A DNA stretch of 24,234 nucleotides from UHGV virus genome UHGV-0124819. The stretch is one strand, 5' to 3'. The number at the start of each line of letters is the position of its first letter. Position 1 is the first letter of the stretch. Source of the stretch: a virus. A program made the position numbers and the translations under genes. The notes under the pieces were generated by a model, which made no database searches, had not been told where the DNA came from, and saw only the letters and a program-made list of their open reading frames with translations. Positions 1 to 8,609 of this stretch are shown here, in pieces.

Positions 1-38
1 GCTGGCGGGAGTTGAACCCGCGTCCGAAATTCCTACAT
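1..38 (-). other. ssrA: Prophage attachment-site core: 3'-terminal segment of the tmRNA gene ssrA (partial, continues off the left edge)
   Basis: Reverse complement of 1-38 is ATGTAGGAATTTCGGACGCGGGTTCAACTCCCGCCAGC, which matches from memory the tRNA-like 3' end of enterobacterial tmRNA (T-arm GGGTTCAACTCCC, acceptor GCCAGCTCCACCA). The match breaks at position 39, where AT-rich phage DNA begins, as expected for an att duplication rather than the intact gene. Confidence 0.7.
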
Positions 39-154
39 ACCATTTTGACTATAATAAAAACATATATTTATGTTTTAAAACAGTACGTTAGTGTTATTTT
101 GTTTTTGTCGGTTTTACACATTTTTAATGCTCTGCCGCCAAGTTGTCGCCATTG

Positions 155-1138
155 CTAATTCCTATCAGCAGGTAGAATTGCTGGGTAGAGCTTAGAGCAA
201 TCATTGCCATAGTCAGGGATAAAGTCCCATAGCCCTTTTGGCGTTTGGAAGACCTCAGGGCTTAAGCCAATCAGCATATAAACATGAACTAACAGCTCGC
301 GCAATCCAGTGACCATTTGCTTTATTTGTTTTTCATCAGAGAAAGAAGTGGTGAAGGGTTTTTCTTCAATGGAGTCAAAAAGAATAAACTCATGTTTTTC
401 ATATCGATAGTCGATCCCTAATTCTCTGCAAAGTTGGATAATATTGATTTCGAGCATTTGAAGGGAAATCACTTGGATATCATAAGAAGTCTCTTTGTTG
501 TAACAGCTTTTAATAGCTTTGTTGATATTCTTATAATAATCTTGAACTCTACCCATAAATAATGAACTTATTTCTTTGCTATAGCCTTCTTCAATAGAGG
601 ATTTTGTAAAAATATTCATGTAAAGAATATAAGGGTGAGAAATGGAAGGTTCTATATATTTTTTTCCATCATCGTGTTCGGTAAACTCTCTACTAACGAT
701 AAATGAAGGGACAGTTTTAAAAATATCGGCATAACTCTTCTGGTGGGCATAAAATGAATCAGATTTATTTTTTGCTTTTACCAGCTCTATTTGATGCTCT
801 GTCCTTGAAAGCTGCGTCTCTGTTTGAATGGTCCTGTGAATATTCTTAACTATAGCTCCAAGAGGTACTGAACTGGCTAGCAGCATTAGAGGGAATTTAC
901 TGATTTCGTAAAAGCGAGTATAGCCGTGGGCACTTAACACCGGGACCTTGCCCCACCATGCGAAAATCCCAAAATAAAAGAATGATAATACTGGTATTCC
1001 GATTGATAACCAGAATAATTTCTGTTTTATAAGGTTTTGTTCATTTAATAAATACCACTTGTATTTATATGTTAAATACAATATGTATATTAACATTACA
1101 ACATAGAACATAATGCCAATTGATGAATAAAGGGTCAT
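155..1138 (-). CDS. Hypothetical membrane-anchored protein: N-terminal 2-3 transmembrane helices plus a ~230-aa soluble domain; AT-rich cargo (moron) gene between int and att
   Basis: 327-aa ORF. Hydrophobic N-terminal segments IGIMFYVVMLIYILYLTY and LFWLSIGIPVLSFFYFGIFAWW, with a possible third, FPLMLLASSVPLGAIV. Start ATG at 1136-1138 overlaps the int stop codon in an ATGA arrangement. Composition is strongly AT-biased and Lys/Ile/Tyr/Asn-rich, unlike the neighbouring int. No recognisable catalytic motif. Confidence 0.65.
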   Translation of the reverse strand: MTLYSSIGIMFYVVMLIYILYLTYKYKWYLLNEQNLIKQKLFWLSIGIPVLSFFYFGIFAWWGKVPVLSAHGYTRFYEISKFPLMLLASSVPLGAIVKNIHRTIQTETQLSRTEHQIELVKAKNKSDSFYAHQKSYADIFKTVPSFIVSREFTEHDDGKKYIEPSISHPYILYMNIFTKSSIEEGYSKEISSLFMGRVQDYYKNINKAIKSCYNKETSYDIQVISLQMLEINIIQLCRELGIDYRYEKHEFILFDSIEEKPFTTSFSDEKQIKQMVTGLRELLVHVYMLIGLSPEVFQTPKGLWDFIPDYGNDCSKLYPAILPADRN

Positions 1139-2163
1139 GCTTTTTTCCAGTCTAATTTGTAAAGTGGATTTTTTGTTACAGCATCTTCCAAGTGATCAGG
1201 GGCAAAGTGAGCGTAAACCATCGTCATTTTTATATCAGCATGGCCCAGAATATCGCGCAGTACCAGTATATTTCCGCCGTTCATCATAAAATGGCTGGCG
1301 AATGTATGGCGCAGTACGTGGGTGCACTGGCCCTCTGGCAGTTCGATACCGGCTCGCTTTACTGCACGCTCAAAGGATTTTCTGCATGGGGTAAATAATC
1401 TCCCCCTGTTTTTAGGTAGTTCGTCATACAGTTCTTGAGATATTGGAACGGTTCGGTTTTTTTTACCTTTGGTCTTGGTATAAGTAATGCGATATTTTGA
1501 TAACTGATGCCCTTGCAGGTTTTCTGCTTCACTCCATCGGGCACCAGTTGCTAGGCATATTTTTGCAATCATCAACAGACTGGGACTCTGAGAATCAGCA
1601 CAGGCATCCAGTAGGCGTTTAATTTCTTCCGGGGTCAGGAATGCTAGTTCACCCTCAGCGATTTTAAATGTTGGCAGCCCGACGAGAGGATTTGGTGCTG
1701 ACCAGTGGCCTAGTTTTTTCAATGTGCCGAAAACCGATGATAGGTTACGTTGCTCAAGATTCACCGTGCGTGGTTTTACTGGCGACATTAGTGTGCCGTC
1801 TTCGTTACGAAGGTCACCTTTTAACCGTGCTTCGCGGTATTTCGTAAAGTCTCCGGCTGTCAGTTCTGAGGCGATGGGGTCGCCTAGACCATTACAGATA
1901 ATTCTAAGTTTCGCCATGAGGCGCTTGGGGTCTGCGAGTGTCTGACCATACAGGGAATACCAAAGCTCAATTAACTCTGATAGGCGTCGCCGATCATCCT
2001 TTTCACCCAACCACGGTTTTTTATTCACTTCTTCCATTGTGAAGCTTTCAAACGCAATGGCTTCGCCTTTCGTGGCAAATTGCTTACGCACGCGCTTGCC
2101 ATTGCGTCCATTGGGATAGCACTCACACAACCATTTTCCGTTCGGCTGTTTTCTGATGGTCAT
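1135..2163 (-). CDS. int: Tyrosine recombinase, P2/186-type phage integrase
   Basis: 342 aa. C-terminal catalytic signature ARWSEAE ... HVLRHTFASH ... LGHADIKMTMVYAH (R..H-x-x-R..Y). Position immediately downstream of cI and next to att. Confidence 0.95.
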   Translation of the reverse strand: MTIRKQPNGKWLCECYPNGRNGKRVRKQFATKGEAIAFESFTMEEVNKKPWLGEKDDRRRLSELIELWYSLYGQTLADPKRLMAKLRIICNGLGDPIASELTAGDFTKYREARLKGDLRNEDGTLMSPVKPRTVNLEQRNLSSVFGTLKKLGHWSAPNPLVGLPTFKIAEGELAFLTPEEIKRLLDACADSQSPSLLMIAKICLATGARWSEAENLQGHQLSKYRITYTKTKGKKNRTVPISQELYDELPKNRGRLFTPCRKSFERAVKRAGIELPEGQCTHVLRHTFASHFMMNGGNILVLRDILGHADIKMTMVYAHFAPDHLEDAVTKNPLYKLDWKKA

Positions 2164-2164
2164 A

Positions 2165-2797
2165 TCAAAGGCTCTTAATGATTTTCAGTGCGCGGCCTAC
2201 TACCTCAATGTCATCCAGGCCGCACTCAAACGATGAATCATCCTGATGCACTACTAATTTGTTTCCCGGGAGTCGAGTCAATTTAACAATGCTTTTTATC
2301 CCGTCGATATCGACTAACCACATACCATTTACTAGTGGTGTTTGGTTGCGATCTATTAAATAAGAATCACCAGAAGTAGTCACCAGCAGTAGGTTGCTTG
2401 AGTTTGAGGGGAGTATGCTGCTATCAATGATTGCTTTTCCAGCATCGATCAATAAACCACCGTTGAGAGTCGCCTTGTCAATTTCAGGAGATACTAGTTC
2501 AGAAAGAGGTATAACCTTGCTGGAGTTCACGGAATTGATATTTTTTTTGGGTTCAATGTTTGAACCTGGCTCCCCCTGTCCGGTGGTTAGCCACAGTAAA
2601 GAAACTCCTGTTTCCAAGGCGCACTGAATCACCCACTCTGCAGGAAAACTATCTCTTAAGTATCTGTTTGCCATGGTACTTTTTGATGCGCCTAAGTGAT
2701 CGCAAAGTTGCTGTCTGGACTTGAAATCATAGGCTGCCATTAGTCTATGGATAGCCTCTCTTCCCCCTGTATTCTCTCCAGCCTTTACCTGTATCAT
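2165..2797 (-). CDS. cI: CI-type immunity repressor
   Basis: 210 aa. N-terminal HTH-like segment KSTMANRYLRDSFPAEWVIQCALETGVSLLWLTTG. Sits divergent to the early operon, with its stop 1 nt from the int start, matching the 186 cI-int lysogenic operon layout. Confidence 0.8.
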   Translation of the reverse strand: MIQVKAGENTGGREAIHRLMAAYDFKSRQQLCDHLGASKSTMANRYLRDSFPAEWVIQCALETGVSLLWLTTGQGEPGSNIEPKKNINSVNSSKVIPLSELVSPEIDKATLNGGLLIDAGKAIIDSSILPSNSSNLLLVTTSGDSYLIDRNQTPLVNGMWLVDIDGIKSIVKLTRLPGNKLVVHQDDSSFECGLDDIEVVGRALKIIKSL

Positions 2798-2809
2798 TTT
2801 TTAATCCTG

Positions 2810-2861
2810 TTGACGTATCAAATATTTGATCGTAGTATCTAGATGTATCAAATATTGAATC
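2810..2861 (+). promoter_or_regulatory. Lytic promoter (pR-like) with embedded palindromic operator and a second operator-like repeat in the cI/apl switch region
   Basis: -35 TTGACG (2810-2815), 17-nt spacer, -10 TAGTAT (2833-2838). The spacer contains the perfect 14-bp palindrome ATCAAATATTTGAT (2817-2830). A near-repeat GTATCAAATATTGAATC lies at 2845-2861. Confidence 0.5.
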
Positions 2862-2916
2862 AAGTAAAACGAGATAAAACGACGTAAACCAAACCTTAAT
2901 CGGGAGATACTGCACT

Positions 2917-3159
2917 ATGAGCACTGATATTTCAATTCGTGTACCAAAAGAGATGGCTACGCCTGCAGAGTTCGCGGAATGGGAAGGTATCTCCCGCGGC
3001 TCCGTGTATCAAAAAATTCACCATGGTCAGCTTGCTAAATACATGGTCAAGAAAGAAAAAAACAAAGGCCGCGTAAGCCTGCGTTATTTAATGTACAAAA
3101 CCGATCAGGTCCGTGAATCCCTCGGTCATTCCAACTTCCGCGTCATTGTTGGTAAGTAA
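2917..3159 (+). CDS. Apl/Cox-type small HTH excisionase-regulator, first gene of the early lytic operon
   Basis: 80 aa. SD GGGAGA upstream. HTH-like segment ATPAEFAEWEGISRGSVYQKIHHGQL. Size and position are equivalent to 186 apl and P2 cox. Confidence 0.6.
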   Translation: MSTDISIRVPKEMATPAEFAEWEGISRGSVYQKIHHGQLAKYMVKKEKNKGRVSLRYLMYKTDQVRESLGHSNFRVIVGK

Positions 3160-3191
3160 GTTCAATTATGAGAACTTTCTAAGGGGGTAGC

Positions 3192-3701
3192 ATGTTTGAT
3201 TATAAGATTTCCAAACACCCGCATTTTGATGAAGCCTGTAGAGCTTTTGCACTTCGTCACAATATGGCGAAGCTGGCAGAACGTGCAGGAATGAATGTCC
3301 AGACTTTGCGAAACAAACTCAACCCAGATCAACCGCATCAGCTAAATGCGCCAGAAATCTGGCTGCTTACCGATCTGACTGAAGATTCAACGCTGATAGA
3401 TGGTTTTCTGGCACAGATTCACTGCCTGCCATGTGTACCGATTAATGAGGTAGCAAAAGAGAAACTGCCGCATTACGTCATGAGTGCAACCGCAGAGATC
3501 GGGCGTGTTGCTGCAGGTGCGGTATCTGGAGATGTAAAAACCAGTGCAGGTCGTCGTGATGCTATCAGCAGCATTAACTCTGTAACACGACTGATGGCGC
3601 TGGCTGCTGTTTCATTGCAGGCCCGTTTACAGGCTAACCCTGCGATGGTGAGTGCAGTTGATACCGTGACTGGCCTCGGTGCTTCATTCGGTTTGCTGTG
3701 A
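3192..3701 (+). CDS. cII: CII-like lysogeny establishment regulator (186 CII family)
   Basis: 169 aa, the length I recall for 186 CII. Position directly after apl. SD AAGGGGG. Assignment is by synteny and size, not by a motif. Confidence 0.7.
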   Translation: MFDYKISKHPHFDEACRAFALRHNMAKLAERAGMNVQTLRNKLNPDQPHQLNAPEIWLLTDLTEDSTLIDGFLAQIHCLPCVPINEVAKEKLPHYVMSATAEIGRVAAGAVSGDVKTSAGRRDAISSINSVTRLMALAAVSLQARLQANPAMVSAVDTVTGLGASFGLL

Positions 3702-3708
3702 GGTGCTT

Positions 3709-4005
3709 ATGCTGAAGAAAGAACCATCATTTGCATCGCTGCTGGTAAAACAAAGCCCGGCAATGCACTACGGTCACGGCTGGATCATGGGTGAGGATGG
3801 GAAACGCTGGCATCCATGTCATTCACAAGATGAATTGCTGTCTGAATTGACCACGAGGAAACGGAGAAAGTCAAAATGTATGCAGCGGAAAGTGAAGTGG
3901 TTTATCAGTTTCGTTACAGAGGGGAGAGTTATTCAGTACCTGAAGATGATTTGCTCTGTTGTTATCCGTCGTTGTCGGGCGATGGCAGTTACTTTTTCAC
4001 GCTAA
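3709..4005 (+). CDS. Hypothetical small early protein (fil/dhr-region ORF); the 3' portion overlaps the next ORF in another frame
   Basis: ATG at 3709 preceded by GAGGTG. The first ~55 codons look protein-like; the remainder overlaps 3876-4100 and looks compositionally odd (Arg/Lys/Cys-rich). Confidence 0.3.
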   Translation: MLKKEPSFASLLVKQSPAMHYGHGWIMGEDGKRWHPCHSQDELLSELTTRKRRKSKCMQRKVKWFISFVTEGRVIQYLKMICSVVIRRCRAMAVTFSR

Positions 4006-4100
4006 GGGATGGGACGTTTTTACGGGGAGAGCAGGTTAAAGAGACGATACGAAAAAATGTATCTCCTCTTGAACGTTACCGTAAGAACAAAGAACGATAG
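3876..4100 (+). CDS. Hypothetical small early protein
   Basis: 74-aa ORF with a strong SD (GGAGAAAG) 7 nt upstream of the ATG. Confidence 0.45.
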   Translation: MYAAESEVVYQFRYRGESYSVPEDDLLCCYPSLSGDGSYFFTLRDGTFLRGEQVKETIRKNVSPLERYRKNKER

Positions 4101-4122
4101 TTGCGTTTTGGGAATATGAATT

Positions 4123-4464
4123 ATGGCAATTAATGGCGCTGCAGCAACTGTTCCATTAAGCCCCGGTGAACGCCTGAATGGACTTAATCATATTGCGGAG
4201 TTAAGGGCGAAAGTTTTTGGCCTGAATATTGAGTCAGAGCTTGAGCGGTTTATTAAAGATATGCGTGATCCACGGGATATCAATAGCGAACAAAATAAAC
4301 GGGCACTGGCTGCCATATTCTTTATGGCAAAAATTCCAGCTGAACGTCACAGCATCAGCATTAATGAGCTGACCACTGACGAAAAGCGGGAGTTGATTAA
4401 AGCAATGAATCATTTTCGTGCAGTAGTGAGCTTATTCCCCAGACGACTAACCATGCCGAATTAA
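4123..4464 (+). CDS. Hypothetical early-region protein
   Basis: 113-aa ORF, co-oriented within the early operon, typical host-like codon usage. Confidence 0.6.
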   Translation: MAINGAAATVPLSPGERLNGLNHIAELRAKVFGLNIESELERFIKDMRDPRDINSEQNKRALAAIFFMAKIPAERHSISINELTTDEKRELIKAMNHFRAVVSLFPRRLTMPN

Positions 4465-4531
4465 CAAACTAATGAACTTCATGGCGTAAACACGCCGGGT
4501 ATCCCTTTACCTAAATTCAGGAGAATTGATT

Positions 4532-4765
4532 ATGCGTAATATTGAAACCCTCACGACTAAAACCGGACCGGATGATGCAGGGCTTAATATTTTACTGACA
4601 GAGGCTCGTCTGGAAGAACGCCGGGCAAGAGCTGAAGCAATGGCAGCTCGCCTTGATAGCCTTGCGTGCCATATCACATCCCGCCAGCTAAACCACGTTG
4701 AAGCGGCTGAACTGCTGCGTGTGGCAGCTGAAGCAATCCAGAACGAAGCGCAGGAGATCCACTAA
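4532..4765 (+). CDS. Hypothetical early-region protein
   Basis: ATG at 4532 preceded by AGGAG. Stop overlaps the start of the next gene by 1 nt. Confidence 0.55.
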   Translation: MRNIETLTTKTGPDDAGLNILLTEARLEERRARAEAMAARLDSLACHITSRQLNHVEAAELLRVAAEAIQNEAQEIH

Positions 4766-4992
4766 TGGCTGATGCAATGGATCTCGTACAGCAGCGCGTT
4801 GAAGAAGAACGCCAGCGTCATATCCGTACTGCCCGTGCCAAAACGCCGGGCGTGTCCCGCGTGCTTTGCATTGAGTGTGAAGCGCCAATTCCGCCAGCAC
4901 GCCGCCGTGCCATTCCGGGTGTGCAGCTTTGCATTACCTGTCAGGAAATCGCAGGGCTGAAAGGCAAACATTACAACGGAGGTGCTGTATGA
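4765..4992 (+). CDS. TraR/DksA-family C4 zinc-finger protein
   Basis: 75 aa. Cys pairs CIECEAP ... CITCQE form a C4 finger. Common in P2-like early operons. Confidence 0.8.
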   Translation: MADAMDLVQQRVEEERQRHIRTARAKTPGVSRVLCIECEAPIPPARRRAIPGVQLCITCQEIAGLKGKHYNGGAV

Positions 4993-5846
4993 GCACCATC
5001 CTGAAATGGGCGGGAAATAAAACCGCCATTATGTCCGAACTGAAAAAGCATCTTCCTGCTGGCCCGCGACTGGTTGAACCTTTCGCGGGTTCCTGTGCAG
5101 TGATGATGGAGACGGAGTACCCCAGCTATCTTGTTGCGGATATTAATCCTGATTTAATCAACCTCTATAAAAAGGTTGCTGCTGATTGTGAATCATTTAT
5201 ATCTCGCGCCAGAGTTTTATTTGAGATCGCAAACAGGGAGGTAGCTTATTACAACATAAGGCAGGAGTTTAATTACTCAACTGAAATTACTGATTTCATG
5301 AAAGCGGTATATTTCCTGTATCTCAATCGTCACGGTTACCGTGGTTTATGTCGCTATAACAAGAGCGGGCATTTCAACATTCCCTACGGTAATTATAAAA
5401 ATCCGTATTTCCCTGAAAAAGAAATTCGCGCATTTGCAGAAAAAGCCCAGCGAGCAACGTTTATCTGCGCCAGCTTTGATGAAACGCTGGCGATGTTGAA
5501 GGCGGGGGATGTGGTGTATTGCGATCCGCCGTATGACGGTACGTTTTCCGGCTATCACACTGATGGTTTCACTGAAGATGACCAGTATCACCTGGCATCC
5601 GTTCTTGAACATCGGTCATCAGAAGGACATCCGGTCATTGTTTCTAACAGTGACACATCCCTGATCCGTTCGCTGTATCGCAATTTTACTCACCACTATA
5701 TCAAGGTAAAACGCAGCATCGGTGTGGCAGCTGGCGAGGGTAAATCAGCAACAGAAATCATTGCTGTTTCCGGGCCGCGCTGCTGGTTGGGATTTGATTA
5801 TTCGCGTGGCGTGGATAGTTCTGCCGTGTACGGAGTGCGTGCATGA
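4989..5846 (+). CDS. dam: DNA N6-adenine methyltransferase (Dam-like)
   Basis: Start ATG at 4989 overlaps the TraR stop (ATGA). Motifs KWAGNK, SAM-binding EPFAGSCAV, and catalytic DPPY (CDPPYDG). Confidence 0.9.
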   Translation: MSTILKWAGNKTAIMSELKKHLPAGPRLVEPFAGSCAVMMETEYPSYLVADINPDLINLYKKVAADCESFISRARVLFEIANREVAYYNIRQEFNYSTEITDFMKAVYFLYLNRHGYRGLCRYNKSGHFNIPYGNYKNPYFPEKEIRAFAEKAQRATFICASFDETLAMLKAGDVVYCDPPYDGTFSGYHTDGFTEDDQYHLASVLEHRSSEGHPVIVSNSDTSLIRSLYRNFTHHYIKVKRSIGVAAGEGKSATEIIAVSGPRCWLGFDYSRGVDSSAVYGVRA

Positions 5847-8257
5847 GCCATGCTGATATGAACAACTGCAGCGGCTTTAACGAGGCCGCCGCAGCATTCT
5901 CATGGAACAGCCCGAAAAAGGCTATTAACCCTTATCTGGACCCGGCGGAAGTTGCGCCGGTTTCTGCGCTTTCAAACCTGATCACTCTGTACGCTGCCGA
6001 TAACGAGCAGGAACAACTGCGCCGCGAGGCACTGAGTGATCAGGTCTGGGAGCGTTATTTCTTTAATGAATCCCGTGATCCTGTCCAACGCGAAATGGAG
6101 CAGGATAAGCTCATTAGCCGGGCAAAGCTGGCGCATGAGCAGCAGCGTTTTAATCCGGACATGGTCATACTGGCGGACGTTAAAGCCCAGCCCTCCCATA
6201 TCAGCAAGCCGCTGATGCAACGTATTGAATACTTCAGCAGCCTGGGCAGGCCAAAGGCTTATTCCCGCTATTTGCGTGAGACGATTAAGCCATGTCTGGA
6301 ACGACTGGAGCATGTACGCGACAGTCAGCTATCCACTTCTTTTCGCTTTATGGCAAGCCATGAAGGGCTGGACGGCCTGCTGATCCTGCCTGAAATGAGT
6401 CAGGATCAGGTGAAACGCCTGTCTACTCTTGTCGCTGCGCATATGAGCATGTGTCTTGATGCCGCTTGTGGTGATTTGTACGCCACCGATGATGTTAAGC
6501 CAGAAGAAATCCGCAAGACATGGGAAAAGGTGGCAGCAGAAACCCTGCGACTGGATGTCATACCGCCTGCGTTTGAGCAACTCCGCCGGAAAAGAAACCG
6601 CCGTAAACCCGTACCCTATGAACTCATTCCGGGTTCGCTGGCGCGTATGTTGTGCGCCGACTGGTGGTATCGGAAATTATGGAAGATGCGTTGCGAATGG
6701 CGGGAAGAGCAGTTGCGTGCTGTTTGCCTGGTCAGCAAAAAAGCATCTCCCTATGTCAGCTATGAAGCCGTGATGCATAAACGTGAGCAGCGCCGTAAGT
6801 CGCTGGAGTTTTTCCGTTCTCATGAACTGGTGAACGAAGACGGCGACACGCTGGATATGGAGGACGTGGTAAACGCCAGTAGTAGCAACCCGGCGCATCG
6901 CCGCAATGAGATGATGGCATGTGTTAAAGGTCTGGAGCTTATCGCGGAAATGCGCGGTGACTGCGCCGTTTTCTACACCATCACCTGTCCGTCACGTTTC
7001 CATTCCACGCTAAATAACGGCAGGCCCAACCCAACCTGGACAAATGCGACGGTAAGACAAAGCAGTGATTATCTGGTCGGCATGTTTGCTGCATTTCGTA
7101 AGGCGATGTACAAAGCCGGATTGCGCTGGTATGGCGTGCGGGTGGCTGAGCCGCATCATGACGGTACAGTTCACTGGCACCTGTTGTGTTTTATGCGCAA
7201 AAAAGATCGCCGCGCCATTACTGCTTTGTTGCGTAAGTTTGCCATCCGTGAAGACCGCGAGGAGCTGGGTAATAACACAGGACCACGCTTTAAGTCTGAG
7301 CTGATAAACCCGCGCAAAGGTACGCCAACAAGCTACATCGCGAAATACATCAGTAAGAACATTGACGGGCGTGGTCTGGCTGGCGAGATCAGCAAGGAAA
7401 CGGGTAAATCCCTGCGTGATAACGCTGAATACGTTAATGCCTGGGCGTCTCTTCATCGTGTTCAGCAATTCCGCTTCTTTGGCATTCCGGGGCGTCAGGC
7501 TTACCGTGAACTGCGATTGCTGGCTGGTCAGGCGGCAAGGCAACAGGGGGACAAAAAAGCAGGTGCGGCGGTACTGGATAACCCACGCCTTGATGCCATC
7601 CTGGCTGCTGCTGATGCTGGTTGTTTTGCCACCTACATCATGAAGCAGGGCGGCGTACTGGTTCCCCGCAAATATCACCTCATCAGAACCGCTTATGAAA
7701 TCAACGAAGAGCCGACCGCCTATGGCGATCACGGCATTCGTATTTATGGCATCTGGTCACCCATTGCAGAGGGCAAGATCTGCACTCATGCAGTGAAGTG
7801 GAAAATGGTTCGTAAGGCCGTTGACGTTCAGGAGGCGGCAGCCGACCAGGGCGCTTGCGCCCCTTGGACTCGTGGCAATAACTGTCCCCTTGCTGAAAAT
7901 TTGAACCAACAGGAGAAAGATAAATCAGCTGATGGGGACCCCAGAACGGACATTACCCGCATGGATGACAAGGTGTTGCACGATTACCTGCACAGTATGA
8001 ACAAAAAGGAGCGCCGGGAATTGGCTGCAAGGTTACGTCTGGTGAAACCGAAACGGCGTAGAGACTACAAACAGCGAATTACAGACCATCAACGACAGCA
8101 GCTCGTCTATGAACTGAAATCCAGAGGATTTGATGGCAGCGAGAAAGAGGTCGATTTACTCCTTCGCGGCGGCAGTATTCCGTCAGGAGCAGGCCTGCGT
8201 ATCTTCTATCGGAACCAGCGTTTGCAGGAAGATGATAAGTGGCGGAACCTGTATTAA
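5843..8257 (+). CDS. A: Rolling-circle replication initiation endonuclease (P2 gpA family)
   Basis: 804 aa. HUH-type motif VHWHLLCF and tandem catalytic tyrosines YIAKYISKN. Start overlaps the dam stop (ATGA). Confidence 0.9.
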   Translation: MSHADMNNCSGFNEAAAAFSWNSPKKAINPYLDPAEVAPVSALSNLITLYAADNEQEQLRREALSDQVWERYFFNESRDPVQREMEQDKLISRAKLAHEQQRFNPDMVILADVKAQPSHISKPLMQRIEYFSSLGRPKAYSRYLRETIKPCLERLEHVRDSQLSTSFRFMASHEGLDGLLILPEMSQDQVKRLSTLVAAHMSMCLDAACGDLYATDDVKPEEIRKTWEKVAAETLRLDVIPPAFEQLRRKRNRRKPVPYELIPGSLARMLCADWWYRKLWKMRCEWREEQLRAVCLVSKKASPYVSYEAVMHKREQRRKSLEFFRSHELVNEDGDTLDMEDVVNASSSNPAHRRNEMMACVKGLELIAEMRGDCAVFYTITCPSRFHSTLNNGRPNPTWTNATVRQSSDYLVGMFAAFRKAMYKAGLRWYGVRVAEPHHDGTVHWHLLCFMRKKDRRAITALLRKFAIREDREELGNNTGPRFKSELINPRKGTPTSYIAKYISKNIDGRGLAGEISKETGKSLRDNAEYVNAWASLHRVQQFRFFGIPGRQAYRELRLLAGQAARQQGDKKAGAAVLDNPRLDAILAAADAGCFATYIMKQGGVLVPRKYHLIRTAYEINEEPTAYGDHGIRIYGIWSPIAEGKICTHAVKWKMVRKAVDVQEAAADQGACAPWTRGNNCPLAENLNQQEKDKSADGDPRTDITRMDDKVLHDYLHSMNKKERRELAARLRLVKPKRRRDYKQRITDHQRQQLVYELKSRGFDGSEKEVDLLLRGGSIPSGAGLRIFYRNQRLQEDDKWRNLY

Positions 8258-8349
8258 TTACGCTGGTTAACAATTCGTGCTCTTAATAATACCAGGCATA
8301 TCAGGCTGATAAGCGTAAATAAACGTTTTACATCAGTAAGATTATTATA

Positions 8350-8369
8350 TACTGTAAATATAAACAGTG
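8350..8369 (+). promoter_or_regulatory. LexA operator (SOS box) overlapping a candidate promoter for the tum-like/DinI-like genes
   Basis: TACTGTAAATATAAACAGTG has the CTGT-N8-ACAG core (CTGT 8352-8355, ACAG 8364-8367) and is close to the consensus TACTGTATATATATACAGTA. -35-like TTTACA at 8327-8332. Confidence 0.7.
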
Positions 8370-8410
8370 GTTATACATACAGTATTGCGTGTGGTGTCAT
8401 AGGAGGAAAG

Positions 8411-8599
8411 ATGCAGGACTATTTTTTGGAGTCTTTGAAGCTCCAGCGCATTGATTTTTTTCTTAAGCTTGTAGCGGCTAGTGAGTGTAGTGATGAAGAG
8501 AAGGGGCTGGCTCTGCAGTGGGTTTCTGAATTGACTGATGAACTCATGGCAAAAATCAGAAGCCACGAATACAACCGCTCAATGGATGTCATCAACTGA
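8411..8599 (+). CDS. Hypothetical small protein in the position of the 186 tum (SOS-inducible antirepressor) region
   Basis: 62-aa ORF, ATG at 8411 with SD AGGAGG at 8401-8406. Lies directly downstream of the LexA box. Confidence 0.5.
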   Translation: MQDYFLESLKLQRIDFFLKLVAASECSDEEKGLALQWVSELTDELMAKIRSHEYNRSMDVIN

Positions 8600-8609
8600 G
8601 GTGACTTTT

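Noticed and set aside
1-154. Complete tRNA or tmRNA gene at the left edge.
   Set aside because: Only about 38 nt of the 3' end of ssrA is present, and the sequence diverges into phage DNA at position 39. No cloverleaf can be folded from the window.
7010-7732. 240-aa ORF on the minus strand inside replication gene A.
   Set aside because: Entirely antisense to the gpA ORF, which carries clear HUH and tandem-tyrosine motifs. The translation is Cys/Arg/Thr-rich with no plausible start context.
8258-8345. Long-range inverted repeat TTACGCT ... AGCGTAA downstream of gene A, considered as a terminator.
   Set aside because: The 7-bp arms are separated by about 50 nt with no T-tract, so this is not a convincing intrinsic terminator.
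8368-8387. Possible second LexA box ending in ACAGTA (CAGTGGTTATACATACAGTA).
   Set aside because: The left half-site reads GTG rather than CTG. I treat only the upstream box as a credible operator.
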